From Xanthobacteraceae bacterium (GTDB lineage Bacteria > Pseudomonadota > Alphaproteobacteria > Rhizobiales > Xanthobacteraceae), in assembly GCA_036845025.1 (NCBI GenBank), contig DAIUEQ010000002.1, forward strand, positions 5,409 to 69,408: a DNA stretch of 64,000 nucleotides, in the 5' to 3' direction. The stretch's first letter is position 1. The number at the start of each line of letters is the position of its first letter. The notes beneath the pieces are model-generated. The model searched no databases. It was not told where the DNA came from and saw only the letters and a list, made by a program, of their open reading frames with translations. The position numbers and the translations under genes are program-made. Below, in pieces: positions 1-8,949 of the stretch.

Positions 1-1026
1 TTTGCCGCCCGGCGCAAGGAAACCAAAAAGCAAGGCAAGCTGCGCGGTCGCGCGGTCACGCCGTATATCGAATTGGGCGGCGTCATGAACGACCGCATGG
101 AAATCAGATTCGATCCGGGCGGCATGGTCACCATCATCGCCGGCACTCACTCCCACGGGCAGGGCCACGCCACGGCGTTCGCACAGTTGGTGGCCGAGTG
201 GCTCGGCGTGTCGTTTTCGGCGATCAATTACATCCAGGGCGATACCGAGAAGGTGGCGTTCGGCCGCGGTACCTATGCGGCGCGGAGTTCCTTGGTCGGT
301 GGCAACGGTTTGCGTGTCGCCGCCGACGCGGTGATCGCGCGCGGCAAACAAATGGCCGGCGCACTGATGGAAGCGTCGCCCGACGATATTGAATTCCAGG
401 CCGGCACATTCACGGTGATGGGAACCGATAAGAAAATGTCGATCGGCCAAGTGGCCGGCGCTTTTTTTGCCCCCGCCGGGCCGGTGACCAAGTTGGGTCT
501 CGGCCTTGATGGGGTGGGAACGTGGTCAGGCATGCCGGGAGGCGCGCCGAACTATCCGAATGGCTGTCAGGTGTGCGAGGTCGAAGTCGATCCGGATACC
601 GGCTCGGTTCGCATCGATCGTTTCTTCGCCATCGACGATCTCGGGATGGTCATCAATCCGATGATCTGCGAGGGGCAGATCCATGGCGGTATCGCGCAAG
701 GTGTCGGTCAGGCGCTGTTTGAAAGCATTGTCTATGACGAGCAGTCCGGTCAGCTGATGACCGGAAGCTTCCTCGACTACGGCATGCCGCGCGCCGCTGA
801 CTTCCCCGAATTCGTCTCCGAGCTTGTCGAGATTCCCGCCACGACCAATCCCCTAGGTATCAAGGCCATCGGCGAAGCAGGAACGATCGCGGCGCCGCCG
901 ACCGTCGTCAACGCCGTACTCGATGCGCTGCGGGAGCTCGGTGTCGATCACATCGATATGCCGCTCACGCCGGCGCGTATCTGGCACGCGGCCAAACAAG
1001 CGGCGAACGGACGGCAGAAGAGCTAG
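1..1026 (+). CDS. Molybdopterin-binding large subunit of a xanthine dehydrogenase/aldehyde oxidase/CoxL-family hydroxylase, C-terminal ~340 aa (5' end outside window)
   Basis: Frame 1 is open from nt 1, with no stop before the listed ORF 73..1026. The translation carries family-typical C-terminal blocks (GTHSHGQGHATAFAQ, NPMICEGQIHGGIAQGVGQAL, GIKAIGEAGTIAAPPTVVNAV). Confidence 0.85.
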   Translation, partial: FAARRKETKKQGKLRGRAVTPYIELGGVMNDRMEIRFDPGGMVTIIAGTHSHGQGHATAFAQLVAEWLGVSFSAINYIQGDTEKVAFGRGTYAARSSLVGGNGLRVAADAVIARGKQMAGALMEASPDDIEFQAGTFTVMGTDKKMSIGQVAGAFFAPAGPVTKLGLGLDGVGTWSGMPGGAPNYPNGCQVCEVEVDPDTGSVRIDRFFAIDDLGMVINPMICEGQIHGGIAQGVGQALFESIVYDEQSGQLMTGSFLDYGMPRAADFPEFVSELVEIPATTNPLGIKAIGEAGTIAAPPTVVNAVLDALRELGVDHIDMPLTPARIWHAAKQAANGRQKS

Positions 1027-1028
1027 CC

Positions 1029-1973
1029 GTGTCCGCCCCCAAGTCTGAACCGATACGAAATGCGCCAGGGGCGACACCGGTCATCCGTGAACACGTGGTC
1101 CCGACGCCGGATTGCAAGCCCTACATCGCCGTAGAAGGTCCCGACCGGAATTTATGGTTTTGTGAAAACGGCGCGGCAAAAATCGGTTGCTTCGATCCGT
1201 GGGCGAACTCTTGGCGCGAATTTCCGCTTCCGGATAGCGCCAGCGCACCGGTTGGAATTGCGGTCGGCGGCGATCAGAATCTTTGGTTCACCGAGAAAGC
1301 AGGTAACCGTATCGGGCGCATCAGCGTGTCGGGTGAGATCGCGGAGTTCGCGATGTCGAACGCGGACGCCGGTCCGGACGGCATAGCACTGGGCCCAGAC
1401 GGCAATGTCTGGTTTTCCGAGAGCGACGCCGACAAGATCGGGCGGATCACACCGGACGGGCGGATCGTCGAGTTCGGCAGAGGCATCACCCCCGGAAGCA
1501 AGCCGCTCTCGCTGGTTGCCCGCTCGGGTGCACTCTGGTTCAGCGAAGCAGGTGGAGGTCGCATCGGGCAGATCACCATGTCGGGTGAGGTCAGCGAATA
1601 TCCGCTGCCACGTCCGGACAGCGGTCCGCGGGCCATGGCGCTGCATCCCGATGGCAGCATCTGGTTCGTCGAAACCGGCGCCAATGCGATCGGTCGTATG
1701 GCGCCGGACGGCAGCATTGTTGAATTTGAAGTGCCGACTCCCCACGCTTCCGTACGAGGAATCGCGGTGACCGCCGATGGCGACGTATGGTTTACAGAAA
1801 ATTTCGCGAACAAAATTGGGCGCTTCGATGCCGGCGGCGTCCTCGTCGGGGAATACGCTATTCCGACACCAAAAAGCGGCGCGCGGTGCATAGTCGCGAT
1901 GGCTGATGGACGCCTGTTTTTCACGCAATATGACGCCGGACTAATCGGTGAAATTATCTACAAGCCTCTATGA
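1029..1973 (+). CDS. Vgb-like (virginiamycin B lyase family) beta-propeller repeat protein
   Basis: GTG start lies 2 nt after the upstream stop. About 7 tandem ~40-aa units each carry an x-LWF-x-E ... IGR-x signature (NLWFCE, NLWFTE..NRIGRI, NVWFSE..DKIGRI, ALWFSE..GRIGQI, SIWFVE..NAIGRM, DVWFTE..NKIGRF, RLFFTQ..GLIGEI). Confidence 0.7.
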   Translation: MSAPKSEPIRNAPGATPVIREHVVPTPDCKPYIAVEGPDRNLWFCENGAAKIGCFDPWANSWREFPLPDSASAPVGIAVGGDQNLWFTEKAGNRIGRISVSGEIAEFAMSNADAGPDGIALGPDGNVWFSESDADKIGRITPDGRIVEFGRGITPGSKPLSLVARSGALWFSEAGGGRIGQITMSGEVSEYPLPRPDSGPRAMALHPDGSIWFVETGANAIGRMAPDGSIVEFEVPTPHASVRGIAVTADGDVWFTENFANKIGRFDAGGVLVGEYAIPTPKSGARCIVAMADGRLFFTQYDAGLIGEIIYKPL

Positions 1974-2011
1974 AATGAATATGACAACCAACACGCGGCG
2001 GCCGCACACTC

Positions 2012-2039
2012 TTGCGAAAAACCCGACTTTTCGCTAAAT
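2012..2039 (+). promoter_or_regulatory. Possible sigma70-type promoter for cspA (TTGCGA-16 nt-CTAAAT), implying a ~140-nt 5' UTR
   Basis: ttgcga at 2012-2017 and ctaaat at 2034-2039 with a 16-nt spacer. Long 5' UTRs are typical of cold-shock genes. This is pattern match only. Confidence 0.3.
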
Positions 2040-2183
2040 AATCACATCGAGTTTTTCGGCCGAACGACTAGGCCACGCAGCGACGATAACCGCGCCTGAC
2101 TGACGATCTTCACCAAAATCTCGAGCGAACCGGGCCGTGCTTTCTCGCGCGGCTCAAATATCGATTCTACAAAGGAGTCTCCC

Positions 2184-2393
2184 GTGAGCAACGGAACAGT
2201 GAAATGGTTCAACGCGCAGAAGGGTTATGGATTTATCCAGCCCGAGGGCGGCGGCAAGGACGTGTTCGTCCACATCAGCGCTGTCGAGCGCGCGGGCCTG
2301 CGCGAGCTGCGTGAAGGCCAGAGCGTCGCGTTCGAGGTCGTGGTCGATCGCAAGACCGGCAAGTCTGCTGCCGAGAACCTGAAGACCGTCTAA
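2184..2393 (+). CDS. cspA: Cold-shock protein, CspA family
   Basis: 69-aa ORF with GTG start preceded by AAAGGAG. It has a canonical cold-shock domain with RNP1 KGYGFI and RNP2 VFVHI. Confidence 0.95.
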   Translation: MSNGTVKWFNAQKGYGFIQPEGGGKDVFVHISAVERAGLRELREGQSVAFEVVVDRKTGKSAAENLKTV

Positions 2394-2500
2394 TGCCGTT
2401 GGGCGAGACTGCTTCCGCGGTCTCGTCTCACTTTACTCTTGTTGCTCTCGTGTGAAGGGCTATCCGTGATCGCCGGCGGCGCTGCCGGCCTTAGAACAAA

Positions 2501-2528
2501 ATCGAGCCTACGCCGGCTCGATTTTTTT
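2501..2528. terminator. Intrinsic terminator, probably bidirectional (cspA on +, mntH on -)
   Basis: Perfect 8-bp stem atcgagcc/ggctcgat (2501-2508 / 2515-2522) with a 6-nt loop. It is followed by T7 on the + strand and preceded by acaaaa. It sits between convergent cspA and mntH. Confidence 0.7.
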
Positions 2529-2584
2529 GTCGGCATTAAAACTCCCCGATTTTACTTCCAGTGGTTTTGAGAATCGCTGGTGGC

Positions 2585-3910
2585 CTAGGGTCCGGCAAGT
2601 CCGGGTATGGGCACGCCGATGAGCTGAGCAATCAGAAACATATTCAGCACTATCACGATACCGGCGCCGACCGTTGCGGCTATTTGGGTCATACGGCTGT
2701 TGGCGAAAGCTCCCATGATGTCGCGCCGGCCACTGAAGATGAGGAGCGCGATCATCGGCAACGGTAGTGCGATACTGAGCACGACTTGACTGACGACCAG
2801 CGCATTGGTTGCGTTGACTCCAAGACCGACCACGACGATCGCCGGCAGCATGGTGAGGAGCCGGCGCAGCCAGATCGGGATGTGAAAGCCTACGAAGCCT
2901 TGCATAATCATCTGGCCGGCCATGGTGCCGACGGCCGAGGCGGAAATTCCCGAAGCAATCAGCGAGACCAAAAATACCGCCGCCGCGCCGACGCCAAAGA
3001 GCGGCGTCAATGTGTGATAAGCGGTTTCAATTTCAGCAACTTCCGGATGGCCGGCGTGAAACGCGCTTGAGGCCATCATCACCATCGCCATGTTGACTAG
3101 CCCGGCGACGGTCAGCGCAAAGACGACTTCCCGATTCGAGAAGCGCACGAGCTTTCGCCGCTCGCTGTCGTCGCGCACCGGCATGCGCGCTTGCGTCAGG
3201 CCCGAATGCAGATAAATGGCGTGCGGCATGACGGTCGCGCCAATAATGCCGACCGCGAGCAGCAAAGCCTGCGCGTCGGCGATATGCGGCACCACGGTAT
3301 GTATTGCCGCCGACGTCCAGTCGATCGGCACGATAAAGACCTCGACCAGATAACAAAGCGCGATAATGCTCACCATGCTGGCGATGATAAGTTCGATCGG
3401 GCGAAAGCCGAAGTTCTGAAACAGCAGCAGCGCATAGGTCGCGGCTGCGGTCGCCACCATGCCGGCGAACAGCGGCAGATGGAATAATATCGACAGGCCT
3501 ATTGCGCCGCCGAGAAACTCCGCGAGGTCGGTCGCCATGGCCGCTATTTCGCTTACCACCCACATCGCGAGAACCACGGGCTTGGCAAATTCTGTCCGGC
3601 ACATTTCCGCGAGATTGCGCCCGGTAACGATGCCAAGCTTTGCGGAAAGTGCCTGAAAAAGCATGGCGATGACGTTGGCGAGCAGCACCACCCAAAGCAG
3701 GCCGTAACCGAATTTAGCCCCGGCTTGGATGTTGGTGGCAAAGTTGCCCGGATCGACGTAGGCGATCGACGCGATGATCGCGGGGCCCGCAAATACCAAA
3801 TAGCCTCGCCAGCCGGCGCGCTCACCGCGCAATACCCCCTGCGCGGTAGCGACCGCGCGGTCCGACAGCGAGCCCTTGCGGCGGCTACGGTCGGTCAGAT
3901 CGGCCGACAT
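2585..3910 (-). CDS. mntH: Nramp-family divalent metal (Mn2+/Fe2+):H+ symporter
   Basis: 441-aa polytopic membrane ORF with the Nramp DPGN block (IAYVDPGNFATNIQAG) and many hydrophobic segments. It is divergent from a DtxR/MntR-type regulator. Confidence 0.9.
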   Translation of the reverse strand: MSADLTDRSRRKGSLSDRAVATAQGVLRGERAGWRGYLVFAGPAIIASIAYVDPGNFATNIQAGAKFGYGLLWVVLLANVIAMLFQALSAKLGIVTGRNLAEMCRTEFAKPVVLAMWVVSEIAAMATDLAEFLGGAIGLSILFHLPLFAGMVATAAATYALLLFQNFGFRPIELIIASMVSIIALCYLVEVFIVPIDWTSAAIHTVVPHIADAQALLLAVGIIGATVMPHAIYLHSGLTQARMPVRDDSERRKLVRFSNREVVFALTVAGLVNMAMVMMASSAFHAGHPEVAEIETAYHTLTPLFGVGAAAVFLVSLIASGISASAVGTMAGQMIMQGFVGFHIPIWLRRLLTMLPAIVVVGLGVNATNALVVSQVVLSIALPLPMIALLIFSGRRDIMGAFANSRMTQIAATVGAGIVIVLNMFLIAQLIGVPIPGLAGP

Positions 3911-3927
3911 AAAGCCTGTACTGAAAA

Positions 3928-3945
3928 ATGTAGCATTAGTTACAT
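3928..3945. promoter_or_regulatory. Candidate MntR operator 1 (imperfect palindrome ATGTAGC-ATTA-GTTACAT)
   Basis: Located in the 169-nt mntH/mntR divergent region. Half-sites are ATGTAGC / ATGTAAC, and it shares TGTAGCATT-G-TA with the second site. Confidence 0.45.
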
Positions 3946-3981
3946 GGTAAGGCTCAGTCTCTTTTTGTCAACGGCTACAAC

Positions 3982-3999
3982 GTGTAGCATTGGCTATAC
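3982..3999. promoter_or_regulatory. Candidate MntR operator 2 (palindrome GTGTAGC-ATTG-GCTATAC)
   Basis: Half-sites are GTGTAGC / GTATAGC. The TAGC-N4-GCTA core resembles, from memory, the enterobacterial MntR operator core ATAGC..GCTAT. Confidence 0.5.
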
Positions 4000-4079
4000 T
4001 TTGACACGCGGAGAAAAATATGTTCCTTTTCTGTAAGGGTCGGTGCGGGTTCGCCGGTGCGCCGCTTGCAGCCTAGGCT

Positions 4080-4541
4080 ATGAACGAGACGACACGACGC
4101 AAGCGCGGTGCCGCCGGGGAGAAGCTTCCCGCGGAAGGAACCCAAGCGCGTCGCTTCGGGAAAACCCGAACGGCGCAGGCCACGGCGCTTCTGGAAGATT
4201 ACGTCGAACTCATCGCCGATTTGATGGCGAGCGCCGGGGAGGCGCGGCCGACCGATATAGCCCGCCGGCTTGGCGTATCGCACGCCACCGCAGTGAAGAC
4301 GATTTCGCGCTTGAAACGGGCTGGTTTGGCGACGGCGCGGCCCTATCGCGGCGTGTTCCTCACCGAGAAAGGGCAGGCGCTCGCCGACCGGGTGCGTATC
4401 CGCCATCGCCTGGTCGTGGACGTGCTCAGCGCGCTCGGCGTCCCTTTGGAGTCCGCCGAGGCGGACGCCGAGGGCATCGAGCACTACGTGTCCGAAATCA
4501 CGCTGAAAGCGTTCGCGCAGTTCTTACGAGCGCGAGACTAG
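4080..4541 (+). CDS. mntR: DtxR-family manganese-responsive transcriptional regulator
   Basis: 153 aa with an N-terminal wHTH (TDIARRLGVSHATAVKTISRLKRAGL) and a DtxR-type dimerisation/metal region (IRHRLVVDVL..EGIEHYVS). It is divergent from mntH. Confidence 0.8.
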   Translation: MNETTRRKRGAAGEKLPAEGTQARRFGKTRTAQATALLEDYVELIADLMASAGEARPTDIARRLGVSHATAVKTISRLKRAGLATARPYRGVFLTEKGQALADRVRIRHRLVVDVLSALGVPLESAEADAEGIEHYVSEITLKAFAQFLRARD

Positions 4542-4575
4542 GCGATTGTTTTGTTATTCGGCGGTCGGGCGGTGG

Positions 4576-5922
4576 TTAGGCCGCGTGGTCGGTCAGCGCA
4601 TCGACGATGCCGTCGACGATCTCCTCGACGAGTGCCTTATCGTCCCCTTCGCCCATAACGCGAATGACCGGTTCGGTCCCCGATGGCCGAACGACCAGCC
4701 GCCCGTGCCCATTGAGCCGCTGCTCCGCGTCTTCAATCACCGAGCGCACCTTGGAGTTTTCCAAAGGTTTGCCGGTGCGATAGCGGACATTTTTGAGCAC
4801 CTGGGGCAACGGAGCAAAGCGGTGGCAGACCTGCGACACCGGCTTGTCGAGCTTCTTGACCACCGCGAGGAGCTGAAGCGCGGCGACGAAACCGTCGCCC
4901 GTTGTCGTGTAGTCGGACAGGATGATGTGGCCTGAGGGTTCGCCGCCGACATTGTAGCCGTGCTCGCGCATGTGCTCGAGCACGTAACGATCACCGACTG
5001 GCATGCGCACAAGCGCCAGCTTGAGCGATTGGAGATAGCGCTCAAGCCCGAGATTCGACATTACCGTCGCCACCACGCCGGGCTTCGCTAAATTTCCGTC
5101 GGCCAACCAGTTTTCCGCGATCACCGCGAGCAACTGATCGCCATCCACCACCTGACCTCGCTCGTCGACAATGACGACCCGATCGGCATCGCCGTCGAGG
5201 GCGATGCCGACATCGGCGCGCAATTCCCGGACTTTGCGGGAAAGTGCATCGGGAGCGGTCGAGCCGCATTCGCGATTGATGTTGAAACCGTCCGGCTCCA
5301 CGCCGATGGAGACGACGTCGGCACCGAGCTCCCACAAGGCTTCGGGAGCGACGCGGTAAGCGGCGCCATTGGCGCAGTCAATGACAATACGGAGACCCTC
5401 GAGCGAGAGGTTCCGCGGCAAGGTGCGCTTGGCGAATTCGATATAACGGTCGTGAACACCGTCAATGCGCTTGGCCCGGCCGAGTTCGGCGCTCTTCGCC
5501 AGGCGCTTGGCCATGTCGCTGTCGATTAGGGCTTCAATCTGGTGCTCGACCTCGTCGGAGAGCTTGTAACCGTCCGGCCCGAACAGCTTGATACCGTTGT
5601 CGTCGAAAGGATTGTGGGAGGCGGAGATCATCACGCCGAGATCCGCGCGCATTGAGCGCGTGAGCATGGCGACGGCTGGCGTCGGCATCGGTCCCAGTTG
5701 CAGCACATCCATGCCGACCGAGGTAAACCCGGCGATCAGCGCCGTTTCAATCATGTATCCCGATAGGCGCGTATCTTTGCCGATGACGACGCGGTGCCGG
5801 TCATCGCGGACGCGGCGGAATACGAGCCCGCTGGCCTGTCCGACCTTGAGCGCCAATTCCGGCGTGATCACGCCGTTGGCGCGGCCGCGAATACCATCGG
5901 TGCCGAAATATTTGCGGGCCAT
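4576..5922 (-). CDS. glmM: Phosphoglucosamine mutase
   Basis: Has the [14 protein letters not shown]-terminus and the phosphoserine loop [14 protein letters not shown]. Start is set at the second ATG (5922). The listed ORF runs 10 codons further, to 5952. Confidence 0.9.
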   Translation of the reverse strand: MARKYFGTDGIRGRANGVITPELALKVGQASGLVFRRVRDDRHRVVIGKDTRLSGYMIETALIAGFTSVGMDVLQLGPMPTPAVAMLTRSMRADLGVMISASHNPFDDNGIKLFGPDGYKLSDEVEHQIEALIDSDMAKRLAKSAELGRAKRIDGVHDRYIEFAKRTLPRNLSLEGLRIVIDCANGAAYRVAPEALWELGADVVSIGVEPDGFNINRECGSTAPDALSRKVRELRADVGIALDGDADRVVIVDERGQVVDGDQLLAVIAENWLADGNLAKPGVVATVMSNLGLERYLQSLKLALVRMPVGDRYVLEHMREHGYNVGGEPSGHIILSDYTTTGDGFVAALQLLAVVKKLDKPVSQVCHRFAPLPQVLKNVRYRTGKPLENSKVRSVIEDAEQRLNGHGRLVVRPSGTEPVIRVMGEGDDKALVEEIVDGIVDALTDHAA

Positions 5923-6097
5923 CTTCCCCCACCGCCAGCTTCCCAGCGGCAATATTAGCTGCTTCGCGTTGAAGCCTGCCTCAAAAAATATTCAGGAATG
6001 TTACCGCGCCGGTAACCCTTCGTCCACCCAATCCGTAGAAATTACGCAGATAAATCAATAATATGCGCTTACGAGACCGCCCGGGCCGTTCCCCGGC

Positions 6098-6307
6098 TTA
6101 GCGCTCTCGCTTATCGCGGGCGGTAGGTGGCGGCTGCGTGATCGAAACCGGATCTGAACCGGGGAACGTCTCCTCAAGCCCTTGCTCAAGCTTGTCGTCG
6201 AGCGATTTCTTGTGCTTTTCCGCGCGGGCCGTTTTTCCTTCCTCGGCGCCACGGGCATCACGGGATGTCGTGGGATGCGGTGCTGACTTGCGTGTTACGT
6301 CTTCCAT
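6098..6307 (-). CDS. Small (69 aa) hydrophilic protein with the LEETFPGSDP motif, function unknown
   Basis: Internal ATG (6307) of listed ORF 6098..6466. The sequence is MEDVTRKSAPH...KSLDDKLEQGLEETFPGSDPVSITQPP. From memory, the E-(E/D)-(T/S)-FP-x-SDP motif recurs in small uncharacterised proteobacterial proteins. An EcfG-type promoter lies upstream. Confidence 0.55.
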   Translation of the reverse strand: MEDVTRKSAPHPTTSRDARGAEEGKTARAEKHKKSLDDKLEQGLEETFPGSDPVSITQPPPTARDKRER

Positions 6308-6365
6308 CGTCGTCCCCAAAATTCTCGAGATGAAACCATCAAGGGCGGGTAGGGCTGTGCGAGGT

Positions 6366-6391
6366 AACGTCCGAGGGGAGGCGGATGTTCC
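6366..6391 (-). promoter_or_regulatory. EcfG (general stress sigma factor)-type promoter GGAAC-N17-CGTT
   Basis: The minus strand reads GGAAC (rc of 6387-6391), a 17-nt spacer, then CGTT (rc of 6366-6369). It lies ~55 nt upstream of the ATG at 6307. Confidence 0.5.
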
Positions 6392-6455
6392 CGCGGCGCG
6401 AACTCGCGGCCGCTTTGTGCTATCGAAAACCAAACAGCCGGGGGATCGTCCTGCC

Positions 6456-7595
6456 ATGCGAATCATGACCTGTATCGAAGACCTGCGAGAGGCGGCGCGC
6501 CGCCGCGTTCCGCGGGCGTTCTTCGACTATGCCGATGGGGGGTCTTACACCGAGCAAACGCTCAACGCGAATTGCGCGGACTTGGAGCGGGTCAAATTGC
6601 GGCAGCGCATTCTCGTCGATGTCTCGCGGCGCAGCACGCAAACCACGATGCTTGGCGAACCCGTCTCGTTGCCGCTCGCCTTGGCGCCCATCGGCGCGTT
6701 GGGCATGCAGCACGGCGACGGGGAAGTGCTTGCTTGCCGCGCCGCGCAGGCTGCCGGGATTCCTTTCACCCTTTCCACCATGTCGATCTGCTCGATCGAG
6801 CAAGTCGCTGCCGCGGTCGACAAGCCGTTTTGGTTTCAGATCTACGTCATGAAGGATCGCGGCTTTGCGCGTTCTCTGATCGAGCGGGCGGCTGCCGCCA
6901 AATGTAGCGCGCTCGTGCTCACCGTCGATTTGCAGATACTCGGGCAGCGTCATCGCGACATCAAGAACGGCATGACGGTCCCGCCGGAATGGACCGCCAG
7001 CAAGATTCTCAACATCGCCACCAAGCCGGCATGGCTGGCGAGCGTGGCGCGCGCGAGAAGCCGAACGTTCGGCAATCTCGCCGGCTATGTCAGCGGCGAC
7101 AAAGAGGACGTCAATTCGCTCTCGGTGTGGATCGCCAGCCAGTTTGACACGACGTTGAGTTGGAAGGACGTCGAATGGATCAAGAGCCTGTGGCCGGGCA
7201 AGCTCATCCTTAAAGGCATTCTTGACGCCGACGACGCGCGCCTCGCCGCCGGGAGCGGAGCGTCGGCCCTCGTCGTGTCAAACCACGGCGGCCGCCAGCT
7301 CGATGGCGCGCCATCCTCGATTTCGGTGCTGCCGTCGATCGTCGACGCGGTCGGATCTTCAATGGAAGTTTGGTTCGACGGCGGCATCCGCTCGGGCCAG
7401 GACATCATGCGCGCGCTCGCTTTCGGCGCACATGCGTGCCTCTCGGGCCGCGCTTACGTCTACGGGCTCGGCGCGGCCGGACAAGCAGGCGTCGCGCGCG
7501 CCATTGAGATTATGCGCAACGAGTTGAACGTCACCATGGCGCTGACTGGCTTCAACAGCGTCGATGAAATTGACGGACGTGCCATTGCCAATTGA
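6456..7595 (+). CDS. lldD: FMN-dependent L-lactate (alpha-hydroxy acid) dehydrogenase
   Basis: 379 aa from ATG 6456 (MRIMTCIEDLREAARRRVPRAFFDYADGGSYTEQTL). It is colinear with LldD/glycolate-oxidase-family blocks (FWFQIYV, SWKDVEWIKSLWPGKLILKGI, VSNHGGRQLDG). The 106-codon upstream extension of the listed ORF has non-protein-like composition. Confidence 0.85.
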   Translation: MRIMTCIEDLREAARRRVPRAFFDYADGGSYTEQTLNANCADLERVKLRQRILVDVSRRSTQTTMLGEPVSLPLALAPIGALGMQHGDGEVLACRAAQAAGIPFTLSTMSICSIEQVAAAVDKPFWFQIYVMKDRGFARSLIERAAAAKCSALVLTVDLQILGQRHRDIKNGMTVPPEWTASKILNIATKPAWLASVARARSRTFGNLAGYVSGDKEDVNSLSVWIASQFDTTLSWKDVEWIKSLWPGKLILKGILDADDARLAAGSGASALVVSNHGGRQLDGAPSSISVLPSIVDAVGSSMEVWFDGGIRSGQDIMRALAFGAHACLSGRAYVYGLGAAGQAGVARAIEIMRNELNVTMALTGFNSVDEIDGRAIAN

Positions 7596-7637
7596 TGGTC
7601 GTTATCAAGCGCGAAACTGCCCGACCTTTGCGAGCTG

Positions 7638-8120
7638 TTATTCTTCCTTATAGCCGTAACTTTGCGCGTTGCCGGTGGCGCCATAATATTTGTACGGCAG
7701 GAATTTTCCCGACATTGTCAGCTTGACGCGATCGCCCTTGGGGTCGGATTGCCGGTCAATCTGCATATCGAAATCGATCGCCGACATGATGCCGTCGCCG
7801 AATTCCTCCTCAATCAACGCTTTCAACGCCGGCCCGTTGACCATCACCAATTCGTAGAAGCGGTAGATGAGGGGATCAGTGGGCGGCATCGGCGTGCCGC
7901 GATAGGGCACCTCATTGAGCAGCGCTTGCTCGCTCTTGCTCAGTCCGAACAACTCGGCCGCCTTCGCCGCTTGCGGTCTTGTCAGTTTCATCTGACCTAG
8001 CACCGCGCCGGTGATCAATAGCGGCGACATGCCCCCGATCTCGTCGCAGATATGCTTCCAGCTCCAGTCTTTATCGCGTTTGATGCCGAGTATTTTCTCG
8101 GTCAATTCGGCTCGCGTCAT
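7638..8120 (-). CDS. cynS: Cyanate hydratase (cyanase)
   Basis: 160 aa with a strong AGGAGG RBS. It shows full-length cyanase-like sequence (KDWSWKHICDEIG, LTRPQAAKAAELFGL, GDGIMSAIDF, KGDRVKLTMSGKFLPYK). Confidence 0.9.
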   Translation of the reverse strand: MTRAELTEKILGIKRDKDWSWKHICDEIGGMSPLLITGAVLGQMKLTRPQAAKAAELFGLSKSEQALLNEVPYRGTPMPPTDPLIYRFYELVMVNGPALKALIEEEFGDGIMSAIDFDMQIDRQSDPKGDRVKLTMSGKFLPYKYYGATGNAQSYGYKEE

Positions 8121-8206
8121 GGACGACCTCCTATCGCTGCGGCAACCCTGTCTATGCAGGGCAAACGAGCAATTGCCGTGCCACGACGCGGCCTTTTCTT
8201 TTAACG

Positions 8207-8830
8207 TTACATCGGCGGCTTAACCCCGTTGCGGCCGACCACGACGCGCCCAGCTTCTACGCTGCCGTCGGCCAGTTTTTTCCCGCCTGGAACAAAGATT
8301 CCTTCGCCCGGCTTGAGATCGCTCGCTGCGGCGGGAGCGAACATCACAACCTCGACATTTGCCGGCACGATGAATTTCTTCTCGCCATCCTTGTATTTGA
8401 GCACGAGCTCTTTGCCGTCGGCGCTCGCGACCTCACTGTCGATATTGGCGTTGGTCATAGTGCTGTTCGCCACCAGGTCCCACGGCCGGTGGCCTTCGCC
8501 GAGGCCGCGTAGCGCCTCGGGAAAGATGTGAATTTCCACCGCCTTCTGACTACCGTCGGGCTGGGGCATGGCGGTGATGCCGACGAACACGCCCTGCTTG
8601 ACGTCGGCCAGCGACTTACGGTCGACCGCAAGCACCTTGGCGTCATCAGTGAGCTTGACCTTCATTGCGGTGCCGTCGCGGCCTTTGACGTTCACCATCT
8701 GGCCATCGATGCTTTCGATCGTGCCGCGCACCCGCACCATGTCCGGCGATTGCGCCGTCGCCATCGCGGCCGGAAAAATAAGTGCCACGAAGGCAGCAGT
8801 ACCCAATGTTCGTCGTGTGCTTGCCAGCAT
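8207..8830 (-). CDS. Secreted protein of unknown function
   Basis: 207 aa with an N-terminal signal peptide (TAAFVALIFPAAMATAQS). The mature part is beta-rich and hydrophilic. I recognised no family. Confidence 0.6.
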   Translation of the reverse strand: MLASTRRTLGTAAFVALIFPAAMATAQSPDMVRVRGTIESIDGQMVNVKGRDGTAMKVKLTDDAKVLAVDRKSLADVKQGVFVGITAMPQPDGSQKAVEIHIFPEALRGLGEGHRPWDLVANSTMTNANIDSEVASADGKELVLKYKDGEKKFIVPANVEVVMFAPAAASDLKPGEGIFVPGGKKLADGSVEAGRVVVGRNGVKPPM

Positions 8831-8949
8831 GCTCTTCTCCTGAAATTCCGCCCTGGAAAAACTCGCCCCGACAGCATGCTAGCCAAGCCGTTCGCCAGCC
8901 ATGAACACAACTCTGCTGGCCGCAAACACTTCTGTGTTATCGGTGCGCG

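Noticed and set aside
6138-6455. 106-codon N-terminal extension of the lldD ORF
   Set aside because: The LldD homology starts at MRIMTCIEDL (ATG 6456). The extension is Ser/Arg/Ala-rich and lies antisense to the small EETFPGSDP ORF and its promoter.
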